Shown piece by piece: positions 54,056 to 64,000 of a DNA stretch of 64,000 nucleotides. The notes below the pieces were generated by a model. That model was not told the origin of the DNA and ran no database searches. It saw only the letters and a program-made list of their open reading frames with translations. Each line of letters begins with the position of its first letter. Position 1 is the first letter of the stretch. Origin of the DNA: Thermoanaerobaculia bacterium (GTDB lineage: Bacteria; Acidobacteriota; Thermoanaerobaculia; Multivoradales; Multivoraceae); contig OZ220688.1 in the NCBI GenBank assembly GCA_965116445.1, positions 1,447,842-1,511,841 on the forward strand, in the 5' to 3' direction. Made by a program: the position numbers and the translations under genes.

Positions 54056-54943
54056 CTACCAGAGCATGACCGCGACACCGGCCGCGATCACCGCCACGCT
54101 CGACACCTTGCGCAACGTCAGGGGCTCGGCGAAGAACAGACGGCCGAGAACCAGCGCCAGCGACGATCCGATGCCCCGCTTGACCGTCTCCACGAAGCCC
54201 ACCCAGGCGTGTTGCAGGGACAGCAACTGGAGCGCCTGGGCCACCGCTCCGATCACAACGGCGGAAAGCAGGAACGCCCAGGTCCTCGCTCCAACGCCCG
54301 TGCGAACGCCCCGGCCAAGACCGGGAGCGTTCCGGAAACCCCGCACCGCGACCACCGCGACACAGAGGCCGACCCCCAGGTGCATGACCAGGCCGTGGAA
54401 GGCCGCGTTCGAGGCCTCCGTCGCCAGCTTGTCGAGCGGTAGAGCCGTCGCCCAGAGGAAGGCGACCAGAATCATCCACCAGGCGCCCGCACCCAGCGTC
54501 CACGGCCGGCCCCGGCCGCCGGCGCGCTCACCCAGTTGCAGCGCGAGGGCGCCGCAGACGACCATCGCGATACCAAGCCACTCCCGACCGCCCGGCAGCT
54601 CGCCGAGCAGCGGGATCCCGAGCAGAGCGGTGAACACCGGCGTCAGGGAGAGCAACGGGATCACGGCGCTCAGGCCCGCCGATCGGACCGATCGCAGAAA
54701 GCCGTAGTTCGCGCCCAGGTTGCAGGCAACGGACAGCAGCCCCGGCCAGACGTACGCCGAACTCACGCCTGGCGGCGGTTGCACCGCCAACCAGACGCCA
54801 TACAGGGGTACCGCCCCCAGCGCCAGAACCATGACCAGGAAGGCGTCGCTCAGCCGTCCCGTGAGCTTCTTGCGGAGCAGGTCGAACAGCGAGAAGCAGA
54901 GCGTCGCGCCGACGACCAGGACGATGCCGAGCGCCGAAACCAT
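54056..54943 (-). CDS. EamA/DMT family transporter
   Basis: About 10 TM helices; PLLSLTPVF...G..LLGE, G.LFF.E. Confidence 0.88.
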   Translation of the reverse strand: MVSALGIVLVVGATLCFSLFDLLRKKLTGRLSDAFLVMVLALGAVPLYGVWLAVQPPPGVSSAYVWPGLLSVACNLGANYGFLRSVRSAGLSAVIPLLSLTPVFTALLGIPLLGELPGGREWLGIAMVVCGALALQLGERAGGRGRPWTLGAGAWWMILVAFLWATALPLDKLATEASNAAFHGLVMHLGVGLCVAVVAVRGFRNAPGLGRGVRTGVGARTWAFLLSAVVIGAVAQALQLLSLQHAWVGFVETVKRGIGSSLALVLGRLFFAEPLTLRKVSSVAVIAAGVAVMLW

Positions 54944-55050
54944 GCACGGCATTCAACCACGGCGCGGCGTCCCCTCTTCCACTGTTCACTCTTCCCCGCC
55001 CGGTCCGCAGGCCCGAGACACCGCTCTTCAGGTGTAGAATCCCGCCGCCC

Positions 55051-55902
55051 GTGACCGCGCCCGAATCACCTCCCGTCGATGCCCGGTCGGGAACTGCCGC
55101 CTCCGGCGGGCTGTTGGCCGGTCGCCGCGGACTGATCGTTGGCACGGCGAACAAGCGCTCGCTGGCCTGGGGCATTGCGCGGCGCGCCCACACGGAAGGC
55201 GCGGAACTCGCTTTCACGTTCCAGGGCGACGCCCTGGAACGCCGGGTCCGGCCGCTGGCCGAGAGCATCGGCTCGACCTTCGTCGAACCGCTTGACGTGA
55301 CGGACGACGGCCAGATCGACAACGTGTTCGCCATCCTGAAGGAGCGCTGGGGGCGCCTCGACTTCCTCGTCCACTCGGTGGCCTTCGCGAACCGGGAGGA
55401 CCTGCTGGGCCGGACGGTCGACACTTCGCGGGCCGGATTCGCCACCGCCCTCGACATCAGTTGCTACTCCCTGATCGCCCTCGCCCGGGCCGCCGAACCG
55501 CTGATGACCGGCGGCGGCAGCATGATCGCGATGACCTACTACGGCGCGACCAAGGCGACCCCCAACTACAACGTGATGGGCATCGCCAAGGCGGCGCTCG
55601 AGGCCTCCGTCCGCTACCTGGCCGTCGACCTGGGGCCGAAGAACATCCGCGTTCACGGGATTTCCGCCGGCCCGGTCAGGACCCTGGCCGCCTCGGGAGT
55701 GTCCGGCATGCGAGGCATGCTGAAGGTCATGCCGGAACGGGCGCCGCTCGGCCGCAACATCACGGTGGATGACGTGGGCGCCACGGCCGCCTACCTGCTC
55801 TCCGATCTGAGCGCGGGGACCACCGGTGGCATCCACTTCGTCGACGCCGGGTTCAACATCACCGCGATGCGGCATCCGGACCGGGACAAGAAGAGCGGCT
55901 AG
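55051..55902 (+). CDS. fabI: Enoyl-ACP reductase
   Basis: [41 protein letters not shown]. Confidence 0.95.
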   Translation: MTAPESPPVDARSGTAASGGLLAGRRGLIVGTANKRSLAWGIARRAHTEGAELAFTFQGDALERRVRPLAESIGSTFVEPLDVTDDGQIDNVFAILKERWGRLDFLVHSVAFANREDLLGRTVDTSRAGFATALDISCYSLIALARAAEPLMTGGGSMIAMTYYGATKATPNYNVMGIAKAALEASVRYLAVDLGPKNIRVHGISAGPVRTLAASGVSGMRGMLKVMPERAPLGRNITVDDVGATAAYLLSDLSAGTTGGIHFVDAGFNITAMRHPDRDKKSG

Positions 55903-56119
55903 ATCATCCGGCCGGGGCCGCAATCTGCCGCGGCGCCCGAAACCCTGCCTCCCCGCATGCGTAAACCGGAGCAGAGGCGGAGCGGCGCTCCTCTTCGTGT
56001 GACGTCAACTGACTACCTCCCCAGTGGACAGCAGCACGCCGCTCCGCCTCTCTTGAGCACCGACAGCGCGCCGGCCCGAAACTTGCAACCTCGCTTCTCC
56101 GCCCCTCATAGGAGAAACG

Positions 56120-56776
56120 ATGACCAAGACACGCCGTCACCTGCTCAGGACACTGCCCGTCGCCGCCGCCGCACTGGTCGCCCTGCTGACTGCGACCGGC
56201 TCCCCTGCCTCGGCGCAGCAGCCCCGCTTCGAGATCACGCCCTACTACGGCTACAGCTTTCTCGGCGGCTTCGAGATCGATGACTTCGAGTTCGGGCGTC
56301 TCGACCTGGAGCTCGACGACACGAGTTTGCGGGGCCTGATTGTCGGCATTCCCGTACGCCGGAATCTCCACCTTGAGCTCCTCGTCAACGAACAGGAGAC
56401 GAGATTCGGGCTCGACGAAGGCCCCTTCCTGGGCGCCGCGGACCTGGGCCCGATGGACATCTCCTACTACCACGCCGGGGTCACATGGACGGCCCCGCTC
56501 GGCCAGGTGCGTCCCTTCGCCTCGTTCAGCGCGGGAGTCACACGGCTGGTGCCGGACAGCGACTTCCTGCCCGAGACCGAGAGCCGCTTCTCCGTCGGAC
56601 TCGGAGGCGGCACGAAGATCTTCCTGACCGATCACATCGGCCTGCGGCTCGACGCCAGGCTGCTGGTCACCAGCACCGGGGACGATGACCTGTGCTGCTA
56701 CGACTGTTGCTACGGAGGCGAACGCGACGACCTCGTCCAGGCCATCGTGAGCGCGGGGTTCATCTTCGCGTTCTAG
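56120..56776 (+). CDS. Outer-membrane beta-barrel protein (8-strand OmpA/OMP_b-brl-like)
   Basis: Signal peptide, FEITPYYGY, RPF...AG, GGG.K, GLRLDAR, C-terminal AGFIFAF; AGGAG RBS. Confidence 0.85.
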   Translation: MTKTRRHLLRTLPVAAAALVALLTATGSPASAQQPRFEITPYYGYSFLGGFEIDDFEFGRLDLELDDTSLRGLIVGIPVRRNLHLELLVNEQETRFGLDEGPFLGAADLGPMDISYYHAGVTWTAPLGQVRPFASFSAGVTRLVPDSDFLPETESRFSVGLGGGTKIFLTDHIGLRLDARLLVTSTGDDDLCCYDCCYGGERDDLVQAIVSAGFIFAF

Positions 56777-57986
56777 CCGCCGCCAGCTCCGACGACGCCC
56801 GCCGGGCGGCCGCCGCCAGCAGGGCGCCGCCCACGAAGATCGCCTCCTCGGCCGGCGCGAAGTACGGCGTGTGGGCGCCCACGACGGGATCACCCGGCAG
56901 CCTCGCGCCCACCCGGATGAAACAGCCCGGAATCCGCTCCTGGTAGAACGCGAAGTCCTCGCCGCCCATGTTCGCGACCGGAAGCGGCTTGACCGCATCC
57001 GCGCCGATCACGGAAGCCGCGGCTTCGCGGGCCCAGGCTGCGGCGCGTTCGTCGTTCAGCACCGCCGGCGTTCCCTGGAGCATCCGCACCCGGGCCTCGA
57101 GGCGACACGCGGCAGCGACCGATTCGGCAACATGCCTGACCTCGTCCGCGAGTAGTCGGCGCACGCCGGGATCGAGTGAGCGGAGGGTCCCCTTGAGCAC
57201 CGCCCGATCCGGGATCACGTTGTGGGCCGCGCCAGCCTCGATCACGCCCACCGTGACGACCGCCGGCTGGTCCGGCGGCACCCGCCGGGTCACGACCGTC
57301 TGCAGGGCCGAGACCACCTGGGCCGCGCCGACGATCGGATCGAGGCCTTGGTGAGGCCTTGCACCGTGAGCGCCCTGCCCCAGAAGCTCGACCTCGAACC
57401 GGTCCGCCGCGGCGCCCACGGCGCCCTCCTGGACCATCGCCTGCCCGACCTCGAAGGTCAGGTCGACGTGCGCTCCGAAGATCGCCGAGACGTCGTCCAA
57501 AACACCGGTCGCCAGCACGGCGGCTGCGCCTTCCCCGGTCTCCTCCGCGGGCTGGAGCACGAACAGCACATCGCCGGCCGCGGGCTCCGCCTGGAGCAGG
57601 CGGGCCGCGGCGACCGTCCACGAAGCGTGGACATCGTGCCCGCAGGCGTGCATCACGCCGTCGTTGCGGGAGGCGAAGGCCAGGCCCGTGTCTTCAAGGA
57701 TCGGCAGGGCATCGATGTCCCCACGCACCGCGACCGTCGGCGCACCGGACTCACGACCAGGAATCCGGCCGACAACGCCCGTGCCCGCAACCCGCGTCAC
57801 GTCGCGCACGCCGAGCCCGACCAGCGTCTCCTTCAGGCGCGCGGCGGTCCGCTTCTCCTGGAGCGAAAGCTCGGGGTCGGCGTGGAGCGTACGACGCAGA
57901 TCGACGAGTTCCTCGACCGCGCAGGTGTCGTAGAGCCCGGCGACGGCCGCCGGAAGCCGGAGCGATACCGCTTCGGCGTCGTTCAT
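56760..57986 (-). CDS. M20D amidohydrolase
   Basis: RR.LH..PELS..E, RGDIDALP, MHACGHD.H, QPAEE, GEDF. Confidence 0.93.
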   Translation of the reverse strand: MNDAEAVSLRLPAAVAGLYDTCAVEELVDLRRTLHADPELSLQEKRTAARLKETLVGLGVRDVTRVAGTGVVGRIPGRESGAPTVAVRGDIDALPILEDTGLAFASRNDGVMHACGHDVHASWTVAAARLLQAEPAAGDVLFVLQPAEETGEGAAAVLATGVLDDVSAIFGAHVDLTFEVGQAMVQEGAVGAAADRFEVELLGQGAHGARPHQGLDPIVGAAQVVSALQTVVTRRVPPDQPAVVTVGVIEAGAAHNVIPDRAVLKGTLRSLDPGVRRLLADEVRHVAESVAAACRLEARVRMLQGTPAVLNDERAAAWAREAAASVIGADAVKPLPVANMGGEDFAFYQERIPGCFIRVGARLPGDPVVGAHTPYFAPAEEAIFVGGALLAAAARRASSELAAARTRR

Positions 57987-60658
57987 CGCGGCAGAGGCAC
58001 TCCCGACAACCAACCGGGGTCGGCACTCCAGGCCGCAGAAGCCACGCCGCCGGGCCCGACACTGCAGCCGATCGGCGAGCCGTCCGGCGCCCGCAATGGC
58101 CGCGGAAGAGCAACGGAGCGGGGGTCGTCCTCGAAGCGATCGATCAGCCACACCGCGTGCGCTCGGTGGTGGAGTTCGGCCCTGTCGGAATCCGCTATCG
58201 GCCCCGTGTTGTCGCCAAGCCACTCGCGGAGCGCCGCCACCGCCACCATCGCTTCGGCCCGCACCTGCTGGGAGGCCGCGGAAACAACCGGGCCGGAAGC
58301 AGCCACATTGGTGGGCACGCCGGAGGGTCCGCTCCCGGACGGCGTTCCGGACGCCAGCGCGAACAGGCGCCGCAACAGGGCCGCGTCCACCGCGCGTCCG
58401 ACTTCCCCTGCCAGCCCGGGCAGAGGATCGGTTCGCCACGTGGCGTCGAGCAACCGCTCCAGAACCTCCCCCAATCCCGGCTGCTCCGGGTCGCGGGCGT
58501 GATGATCGATCAGCCGAGTGGCCCGAGCATCGTCGAGGATCATCCCGAAGGTCATGTCCGCGGCCATCTCCGCCGCGGCGACCGGATCGAAGGCCGGGCC
58601 GGCGCGGGACGGCAGTTGCTCCCGGCCGCGTCCTCGGCCGGGGGACGGCGGCGGGATCAGGTCGAGTATCCGTTCCGGCAGCGTGAGTTCCGCCGGATCG
58701 ACCGTCTCAAGCAGGGCTTCCAGGGCGTCGAACTGCATCGCGGGGGGCAGCAACGACACCGGCGCGCGACCGTCGCCGCGCACGGCGTAGCTGTAGTCGA
58801 TTCCGCCGACCACCTTGGCCGCCGCTTCGATCTGGTACCGATGCAGCAGGTAGAGCGGCGTCAGGACGTCCTCCAGCGTGGACAGCGGATCGCCGACTCG
58901 CACGCTGCGCTCGGAGAACCGGTCGAGCGCCGCCCGCCGAACCGACAGTACGCGTCGCAGTTCCTCGGCCGCCGAACGACCGTTGTCCCAGAGGTGGGCC
59001 AGCGGATGAGCGCCGCCCACCGGTCGCGCGTCCTCGTCGCTGATGAAGTGAAGCCCGGCGGCGATCGTCCCCTGCAGGATGGAGTCGAGTTCCGCCGCCT
59101 CGTTCACGCCCTCGGGAAAGTCCGCGTAGCCGTAGAGGATCGCCCGCTTGTCCCATTCGCCAACGCCGACATCGTAGGCGGCGCCCAGGTCGATCGTGCC
59201 GTCCTCGCCAAGGGTGGCCAGTGGATGCGGATAGTCCATGACCGACTCACGACCGGCCGGTCCGTCGACGCTGGAGGCGAAGTTGTGGACCAGCCCGATC
59301 GTGTGACCCACTTCGTGTGCCGAGAGCTGCCGCAGCCTGGCCAGGGCCATTTCGGTGAGGGTCCGGGTCGACGAATCCGCATCCTCGAAGGGCGAGAGCA
59401 GACCCTGGGCGATCAGGAAGTCCTGTCGCACGCGCAGGGATCCGAGCGTCACGACGCCCTTCAGGATCTCGCCCGTCCGCGGATCGGTCACGGAACCGCC
59501 GTAAGACCATCCGCGCGTCGAACGGTGGACCCACTGGATCACGTTGTAGCGGATGTCGAGCGGGTCCGCCCCCTCCGGCAGCAGCTCCACCCGGAAGGCA
59601 TCGATGTAGCCCGCGGCCTCGAAGGCCTCGTTCCACCATCGCGCGCCGTCGAGAAGCGCCGACCGGATCGGTTCCGGCGCACCCCGGTCCAGGTAATAGA
59701 CGATCGGTTCGACCGCCTCGCTTCGGGCGGCGCTCGGATTCCGCTTCCGCAGGCGGTGGCGAACAGCGTAGCTCGTCTCGAGCGGTGCCTCGATCGGCGT
59801 CGCGTAGTCCAGGTAGCTTGTCGTGATGTAGCCGGAGCGAGGGTCCGCCCGGCGCGGCTCGTATCCCGTCTCGGGCAGAGCGACGAAGGAGTGCCGGATG
59901 CGCACCGTGACTGCGTCCGGCGAGGGGGCGACCTGGCTCACCCAGCGGCCGGGGCCACGGTCCGTCGAGCGCAGCACGAAGGTCTGCGTGCCCTCGAGTT
60001 CCGAGTTGCGCGGGAAGGCGGCAACGCCGGCTCGATGAATCGCCGACCTCGACGCATCCAACTGGTAGCTGCCCTGCCCGCTCCTCCGGAGCCGCGCCGC
60101 GACACCGTGCGCGTCGCGAAGCACGAAGGCGGTGGCGTCCACGAGGACCGCTCCGCCCTCGTCCTCGGCCGCGACCTCGAAGCCCCAGAGCACGGAACGG
60201 GCGAAGGCGTCGGCCACCGCGCGGCGCTCGTCTTCATTGTCGCTCAGCGCACGGTAGCGCGTGTTCTGCTGGACCAGCAGCACCTTCGGCCCGACCCGCT
60301 CGAAACGGGCCAGGTGCGTACGCCCGACCTGGCCCCGGTCGAGACCGATGTCATTCGAGCCGACACCCGCGGCGAGCGACTCGATGTAGAGCAGATCCGT
60401 GTCGAGCGCGTCGATGCGCAGGAAGAGCCTTCCGCCCCGGCTGTCCCAGAACAGGTCGAGGAACCCGGGAAGGTGCTCGTAGCCCTCGGTGGCCTCCGCC
60501 ACGGACGGCGGTTCCTCCGGCTGCTCCTTCTGTTCCTGCCCGACCAGCGCCTGCGCCCAGAGCATGACGGCCAGACCCACGACCGCCGGAAGAGCCCGGG
60601 CGGCGCGATTCGCGCCGCCCGCGCGCCAGTCCGTGCCCCCGGCCGGCTGTCGAATCAC
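57983..60658 (-). CDS. Secreted zinc-dependent metalloprotease (DUF5117/DUF4953 type)
   Basis: [47 protein letters not shown]; GTG overlaps the upstream stop. Confidence 0.9.
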   Translation of the reverse strand: MIRQPAGGTDWRAGGANRAARALPAVVGLAVMLWAQALVGQEQKEQPEEPPSVAEATEGYEHLPGFLDLFWDSRGGRLFLRIDALDTDLLYIESLAAGVGSNDIGLDRGQVGRTHLARFERVGPKVLLVQQNTRYRALSDNEDERRAVADAFARSVLWGFEVAAEDEGGAVLVDATAFVLRDAHGVAARLRRSGQGSYQLDASRSAIHRAGVAAFPRNSELEGTQTFVLRSTDRGPGRWVSQVAPSPDAVTVRIRHSFVALPETGYEPRRADPRSGYITTSYLDYATPIEAPLETSYAVRHRLRKRNPSAARSEAVEPIVYYLDRGAPEPIRSALLDGARWWNEAFEAAGYIDAFRVELLPEGADPLDIRYNVIQWVHRSTRGWSYGGSVTDPRTGEILKGVVTLGSLRVRQDFLIAQGLLSPFEDADSSTRTLTEMALARLRQLSAHEVGHTIGLVHNFASSVDGPAGRESVMDYPHPLATLGEDGTIDLGAAYDVGVGEWDKRAILYGYADFPEGVNEAAELDSILQGTIAAGLHFISDEDARPVGGAHPLAHLWDNGRSAAEELRRVLSVRRAALDRFSERSVRVGDPLSTLEDVLTPLYLLHRYQIEAAAKVVGGIDYSYAVRGDGRAPVSLLPPAMQFDALEALLETVDPAELTLPERILDLIPPPSPGRGRGREQLPSRAGPAFDPVAAAEMAADMTFGMILDDARATRLIDHHARDPEQPGLGEVLERLLDATWRTDPLPGLAGEVGRAVDAALLRRLFALASGTPSGSGPSGVPTNVAASGPVVSAASQQVRAEAMVAVAALREWLGDNTGPIADSDRAELHHRAHAVWLIDRFEDDPRSVALPRPLRAPDGSPIGCSVGPGGVASAAWSADPGWLSGVPLPR

Positions 60659-62967
60659 GAAGCGGCCCGTACCGGCACCGGCTCCGTCTTCTCGATCAGC
60701 GCCGTGAGCGACTCGTGGTCCGGGTTGGCGAGCTCCTTCACCCGATCCCGATTGACCGCGGCGACGATGATCTCGCCGACCTCGGTGTTCGCGCTCTCGA
60801 AGATGCCGAGGTCGATCATCCGCCGGGTCTGGTGCTGGTTGTCGTTCGTCGGACTGACGTAGTGAACCCAGACGCCGCCATAGCGGTGGATCAGGAAGAC
60901 GTGGATCAACGCCATCAACCGGCGGCGTCTCAGATCGACGTCGAACGTGTTCTGGTCGCGCACTGAGAGGATCATCCGCTCGCGGCGATCCCGGATCGGA
61001 GCGAAGACGACGTTCGCCGCCTTCGATTCGTCGCCGGCGCCTCGGGCCAGGACCCGGAGTTCCAGGAGGTCGGAGCCGGCAACGTGGGGCCGCAACTCGA
61101 CGCGCAGGGACTCCTCGATGTCGTACTTGTCCCGCCAGATATCGAGCCACTCCTCAAGCAGCCGCGGCGGCACCTCCGTCTGCACCAGGTGCTGGACGTT
61201 GGTCGATCCCTTGCCCATCGCCTTGGTCGTCGCCGTATGGCCGGTCGAAGCGGAAAGCGCTCCGTCGAGCCGGGCGCCGCCGACCAGAGCCTGCGGCGTG
61301 CGATAGGGCGACCCCACCAGGCGCAGCCTGCGCTGCAGCCGTGCCAGGGCCAGCATGCCGTCCTCGCGCAGGGCCGTGGCGAAGTCCTCTGCCGCCAGAC
61401 CGTCGACCTGGTGCCCGCCGTAGGTGATGAAGTTGAACACGAAGCCGAGCTTGCCGAGTTCCTCGGGGAAGGCCCTCATCTCGTCGTCCGTCATCCCGGT
61501 CGTATCCCAGTTGAAGGACGGCGACAGGTTGTAGGCCAACATCTGGTCCGGGTAGACCGCGTGGATCGCCTCCGCGAACCGGCGGGCGTCGGCCAGGTTG
61601 GCCGTCTTCGTCTCCATCCAGAGGAGGTCCGCGTAGGGCGCCGCGTGGAGCGAGCGGGAGGTCGCGTACTCGATGCCGCCCCGGATCTGGTAGTAGCCCT
61701 CGGGCGTGCGGGCGAGTTCCGCGTTCCACACCAGGTTGATCCCCATCTTGCGGGCGCGCGCGGCAGCCTCTTCGACCGACACGGAGTGGGCGAACTCCAG
61801 CCACTCCTCGACCGAGAGCTCGAACACGGCGCCTTCCTCCTCCCGGAAGGCGATGACTTCCGCGACCGCCTGCGGGTACGTCTTGAGCCCCGCCTCCGAC
61901 TGCCAGGCGTCCAGGAAGCGAGCCATCGCCGCGTCGAGAACCGCCTCGGTATCCGACCCGCCGCTCGCGACCATCTTCTTGTAGTCGGCTTCGAACTGCC
62001 CGTAGACGCCGACGCCGTCGAGCCAGACGTCGGCCCGGTGGTAGGCGGCCTCGGACACCTGGTAGAGCTCGTGGCCACGGACCTCTTTCGCTCCGAGGGT
62101 GTTCAGCCGCCGCAGGATCGCCAGGGTCGCCGTCTTGCAGCTCGGCAGATCAAGATTCGTGGCGCCGAGAATGAACGCCTGGTCGCGTTCATCGCCGTTG
62201 CCGTCGATGAACGTCGCCGCCTCCGAGTCGGTGCGAGCGACGATGATCCCGGGCACCCCCATCACGTCCAACTGGAAGCGGGCCGCGTTGAGGCGCTTGT
62301 TCTGCTCGTCCTGGGCCACGAGAACCTTGCCTGCCTGGTGGCCGCACTTCTTGACTCCGGGCTTCTGGTCTTCGATGTGGTAGCCGGGCACCCCGACCTC
62401 GGCGAAGCGGCGGATCAGGTTGCGCACGTGCGCCTCGCCACCGTGGCCGGTATCCGCGTCGGCGATGATGAAGGGCCTGAAGTCGGTCGGCGGGTTCGCC
62501 TTCCTCTCCGCCTCGCTCATTCGGGATCGGATGAACGTCTGGTTCCGGTCCGCCGTGAGCAGGGCGCGGACGATCGGCGCGGCCTCGTCGGGCACCTGGC
62601 TCAACGGATAGCTCGCCAGATCCGGCCCCGGATCCTCGTTGATCGAGCCCTTGGCCGAGGTCGCCCAGCCACCGAGGTAGATGCCTTCGATACCGCGGCG
62701 CTTCATCGCGACAGCCTGACCCGGCGAGTACGGACCGAAGGAGGTGATGGCCCGCCGCTGCTCGAACAGCTCGCGCAGCCGCTCGTAAAAGGCCCTCGCT
62801 GTGTCCCGCGCCACCGTGTAGTCCTGACGGATCGTGCCGCGTTGCTCCGCGGCTTCCCGCGCGGTGTGAAGCCGCTTGATCCCCCCGAAGCGCTCGTCGG
62901 CGAAGAACTCCGCCGCCGACGCCGTCTCCCGATCCACTACCTCGTTCACCGTTTCACGCGTGTCCAT
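60655..62967 (-). CDS. aceA: Isocitrate lyase, long ICL2 type (about 770 aa)
   Basis: [23 protein letters not shown]...[24 protein letters not shown]; large central insert and extra C-terminal domain (VRDQNT...R..RLM.L.H..L.HRY...HYV.P..DN). Confidence 0.95.
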   Translation of the reverse strand: MDTRETVNEVVDRETASAAEFFADERFGGIKRLHTAREAAEQRGTIRQDYTVARDTARAFYERLRELFEQRRAITSFGPYSPGQAVAMKRRGIEGIYLGGWATSAKGSINEDPGPDLASYPLSQVPDEAAPIVRALLTADRNQTFIRSRMSEAERKANPPTDFRPFIIADADTGHGGEAHVRNLIRRFAEVGVPGYHIEDQKPGVKKCGHQAGKVLVAQDEQNKRLNAARFQLDVMGVPGIIVARTDSEAATFIDGNGDERDQAFILGATNLDLPSCKTATLAILRRLNTLGAKEVRGHELYQVSEAAYHRADVWLDGVGVYGQFEADYKKMVASGGSDTEAVLDAAMARFLDAWQSEAGLKTYPQAVAEVIAFREEEGAVFELSVEEWLEFAHSVSVEEAAARARKMGINLVWNAELARTPEGYYQIRGGIEYATSRSLHAAPYADLLWMETKTANLADARRFAEAIHAVYPDQMLAYNLSPSFNWDTTGMTDDEMRAFPEELGKLGFVFNFITYGGHQVDGLAAEDFATALREDGMLALARLQRRLRLVGSPYRTPQALVGGARLDGALSASTGHTATTKAMGKGSTNVQHLVQTEVPPRLLEEWLDIWRDKYDIEESLRVELRPHVAGSDLLELRVLARGAGDESKAANVVFAPIRDRRERMILSVRDQNTFDVDLRRRRLMALIHVFLIHRYGGVWVHYVSPTNDNQHQTRRMIDLGIFESANTEVGEIIVAAVNRDRVKELANPDHESLTALIEKTEPVPVRAAS

Positions 62968-63085
62968 GCCGTGTTCTCCATCCCGCGCATTGGGATTCCC
63001 CTGCCAGGGGGTTGCGAAAGAAGTCAACCGTAACACCGGAAGGACGGCTTCGGCCACGCCGCCAAGGCTGCTACCCTCCACCGCC

Positions 63086-64000
63086 ATGAGCGTGCCAGCG
63101 ATCCGTCCCCGACACACACCCAAACGCGGCGGCGACGTCCTGCTCGATGCCCTGTCCGAGTACGGCGTTCCCCTCCTGTTCGGCAACCCGGGCACGACCG
63201 AGAGCCCCCTGATGGACCGCCTCGGCGACCATCCGGACCTGAGTTACGTGCTCGCGCTGCACGAGTCCGTCGCCCTGGGCGCGGCCCACTACTACGCCCA
63301 GTCCACCGGCATCACCGGAGTCGTCAACCTGCACGTGGCGCCCGGCCTCGGCAACGGGCTCGGCATGCTCTACAACGCCTGGGAGGCCAACACCCCGATG
63401 GTGATCACGGCCGGCCAGCAGGACACACGCTCCAGGCTGCGCGAACCCCTGCTCGGCCACGACCTCGTGGCGATGGCCGCGCCGCTGGTCAAGTGGAGCG
63501 TTCAGGTCGAGCACGCGGACGAGTTCGCGCCAGTGCTGCACCGCGCCTTCAAGATCGCGCACGATCCGCCGGCCGGCCCGGTGTTCGTCGCCCTGCCGAT
63601 CAACGTCCTCGAGCAGGAGACGCTGGAAGAAGCCCGGCCCCTCGGCGACCTCTACCGCGCGCCGCAGCCCGAAGCCGCGGCCGTCGAGGCTCTGGCGGCT
63701 GTCCTGCTGCGAGCCGAACGTCCCGCGATCGTGGTCGGCGACGGGGTGGCGCGCTCGGCCGCCCAGGACGAGTTGGTGGGGCTCGCCGAGTTCCTCGGCG
63801 CCGGCGTCTATCCCGAGGGCCTGATGCAGCGCGTGAACTTCCCCCAGAGCCATCCCTGCTTCCGGCCGCGGATGCCGCTCAACCACGCCGGTATCCGGCA
63901 CGCGCTCGGCGACGCGGACGCCGTCCTTCTCGTCGGCGGTTCCTTCTTCGAGGAGGTCTGGTTCGACCCGGATTCGCCGTTCCCGCCCGAGGCGACCGTG
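63086..64000 (+). CDS. Thiamine-pyrophosphate-binding protein (benzoylformate decarboxylase/acetolactate synthase-like; runs off right edge)
   Basis: Manual translation: [42 protein letters not shown]...[12 protein letters not shown]...[13 protein letters not shown]...TAGQQD...GPVFVALP. Confidence 0.9.
   Translation, partial: MSVPAIRPRHTPKRGGDVLLDALSEYGVPLLFGNPGTTESPLMDRLGDHPDLSYVLALHESVALGAAHYYAQSTGITGVVNLHVAPGLGNGLGMLYNAWEANTPMVITAGQQDTRSRLREPLLGHDLVAMAAPLVKWSVQVEHADEFAPVLHRAFKIAHDPPAGPVFVALPINVLEQETLEEARPLGDLYRAPQPEAAAVEALAAVLLRAERPAIVVGDGVARSAAQDELVGLAEFLGAGVYPEGLMQRVNFPQSHPCFRPRMPLNHAGIRHALGDADAVLLVGGSFFEEVWFDPDSPFPPEATV

Noticed and set aside
57359-60862. 1167-aa plus-strand ORF
   Set aside because: Shadow of the minus-strand amidohydrolase and metalloprotease genes.
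63071-63901. 276-aa minus-strand ORF
   Set aside because: Antisense to the TPP-binding enzyme starting at 63086.

Overview
GC-rich (about 70%) bacterial chromosomal segment with about 50 genes. Three acidobacterial-type VWA proteins, an Oar-like TonB receptor, a sulfatase-TPR, an FG-GAP/ASPIC-UnbV protein and a recurrent 'GL.WFFD..N.E.L.KVLD.C' C-terminal domain suggest Acidobacteriota, probably Thermoanaerobaculia-like (inference). The left third encodes envelope and secreted proteins. The rest holds folate genes (folP-folB fusion, folK), peptidases, acyl-CoA enzymes, two PQQ/sorbosone dehydrogenases, fabI and a mycobacterial-type long isocitrate lyase. A low-GC islet carries a frameshifted methyltransferase, an SPL-like radical SAM gene, an AlbA_2/Schlafen-HATPase gene and a DUF2442 gene. 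The highlight is a complete IS110-family (IS1111-type) element at 47834-49277 with perfect 14-bp sub-terminal inverted repeats, inserted into a palindromic REP-like repeat. Its 3' non-coding region folds into a bridge/seek-RNA-like structure. The internal loop carries two 7-nt segments (CGGCGCA and CTGGGTG) that together spell the reconstructed target CTGGGTGCGCCG. Four unoccupied perfect copies of that target lie in REP-like repeats elsewhere in the window. No rRNA, tRNA or CRISPR array was recognised. All family calls come from motif recognition, not database searches.
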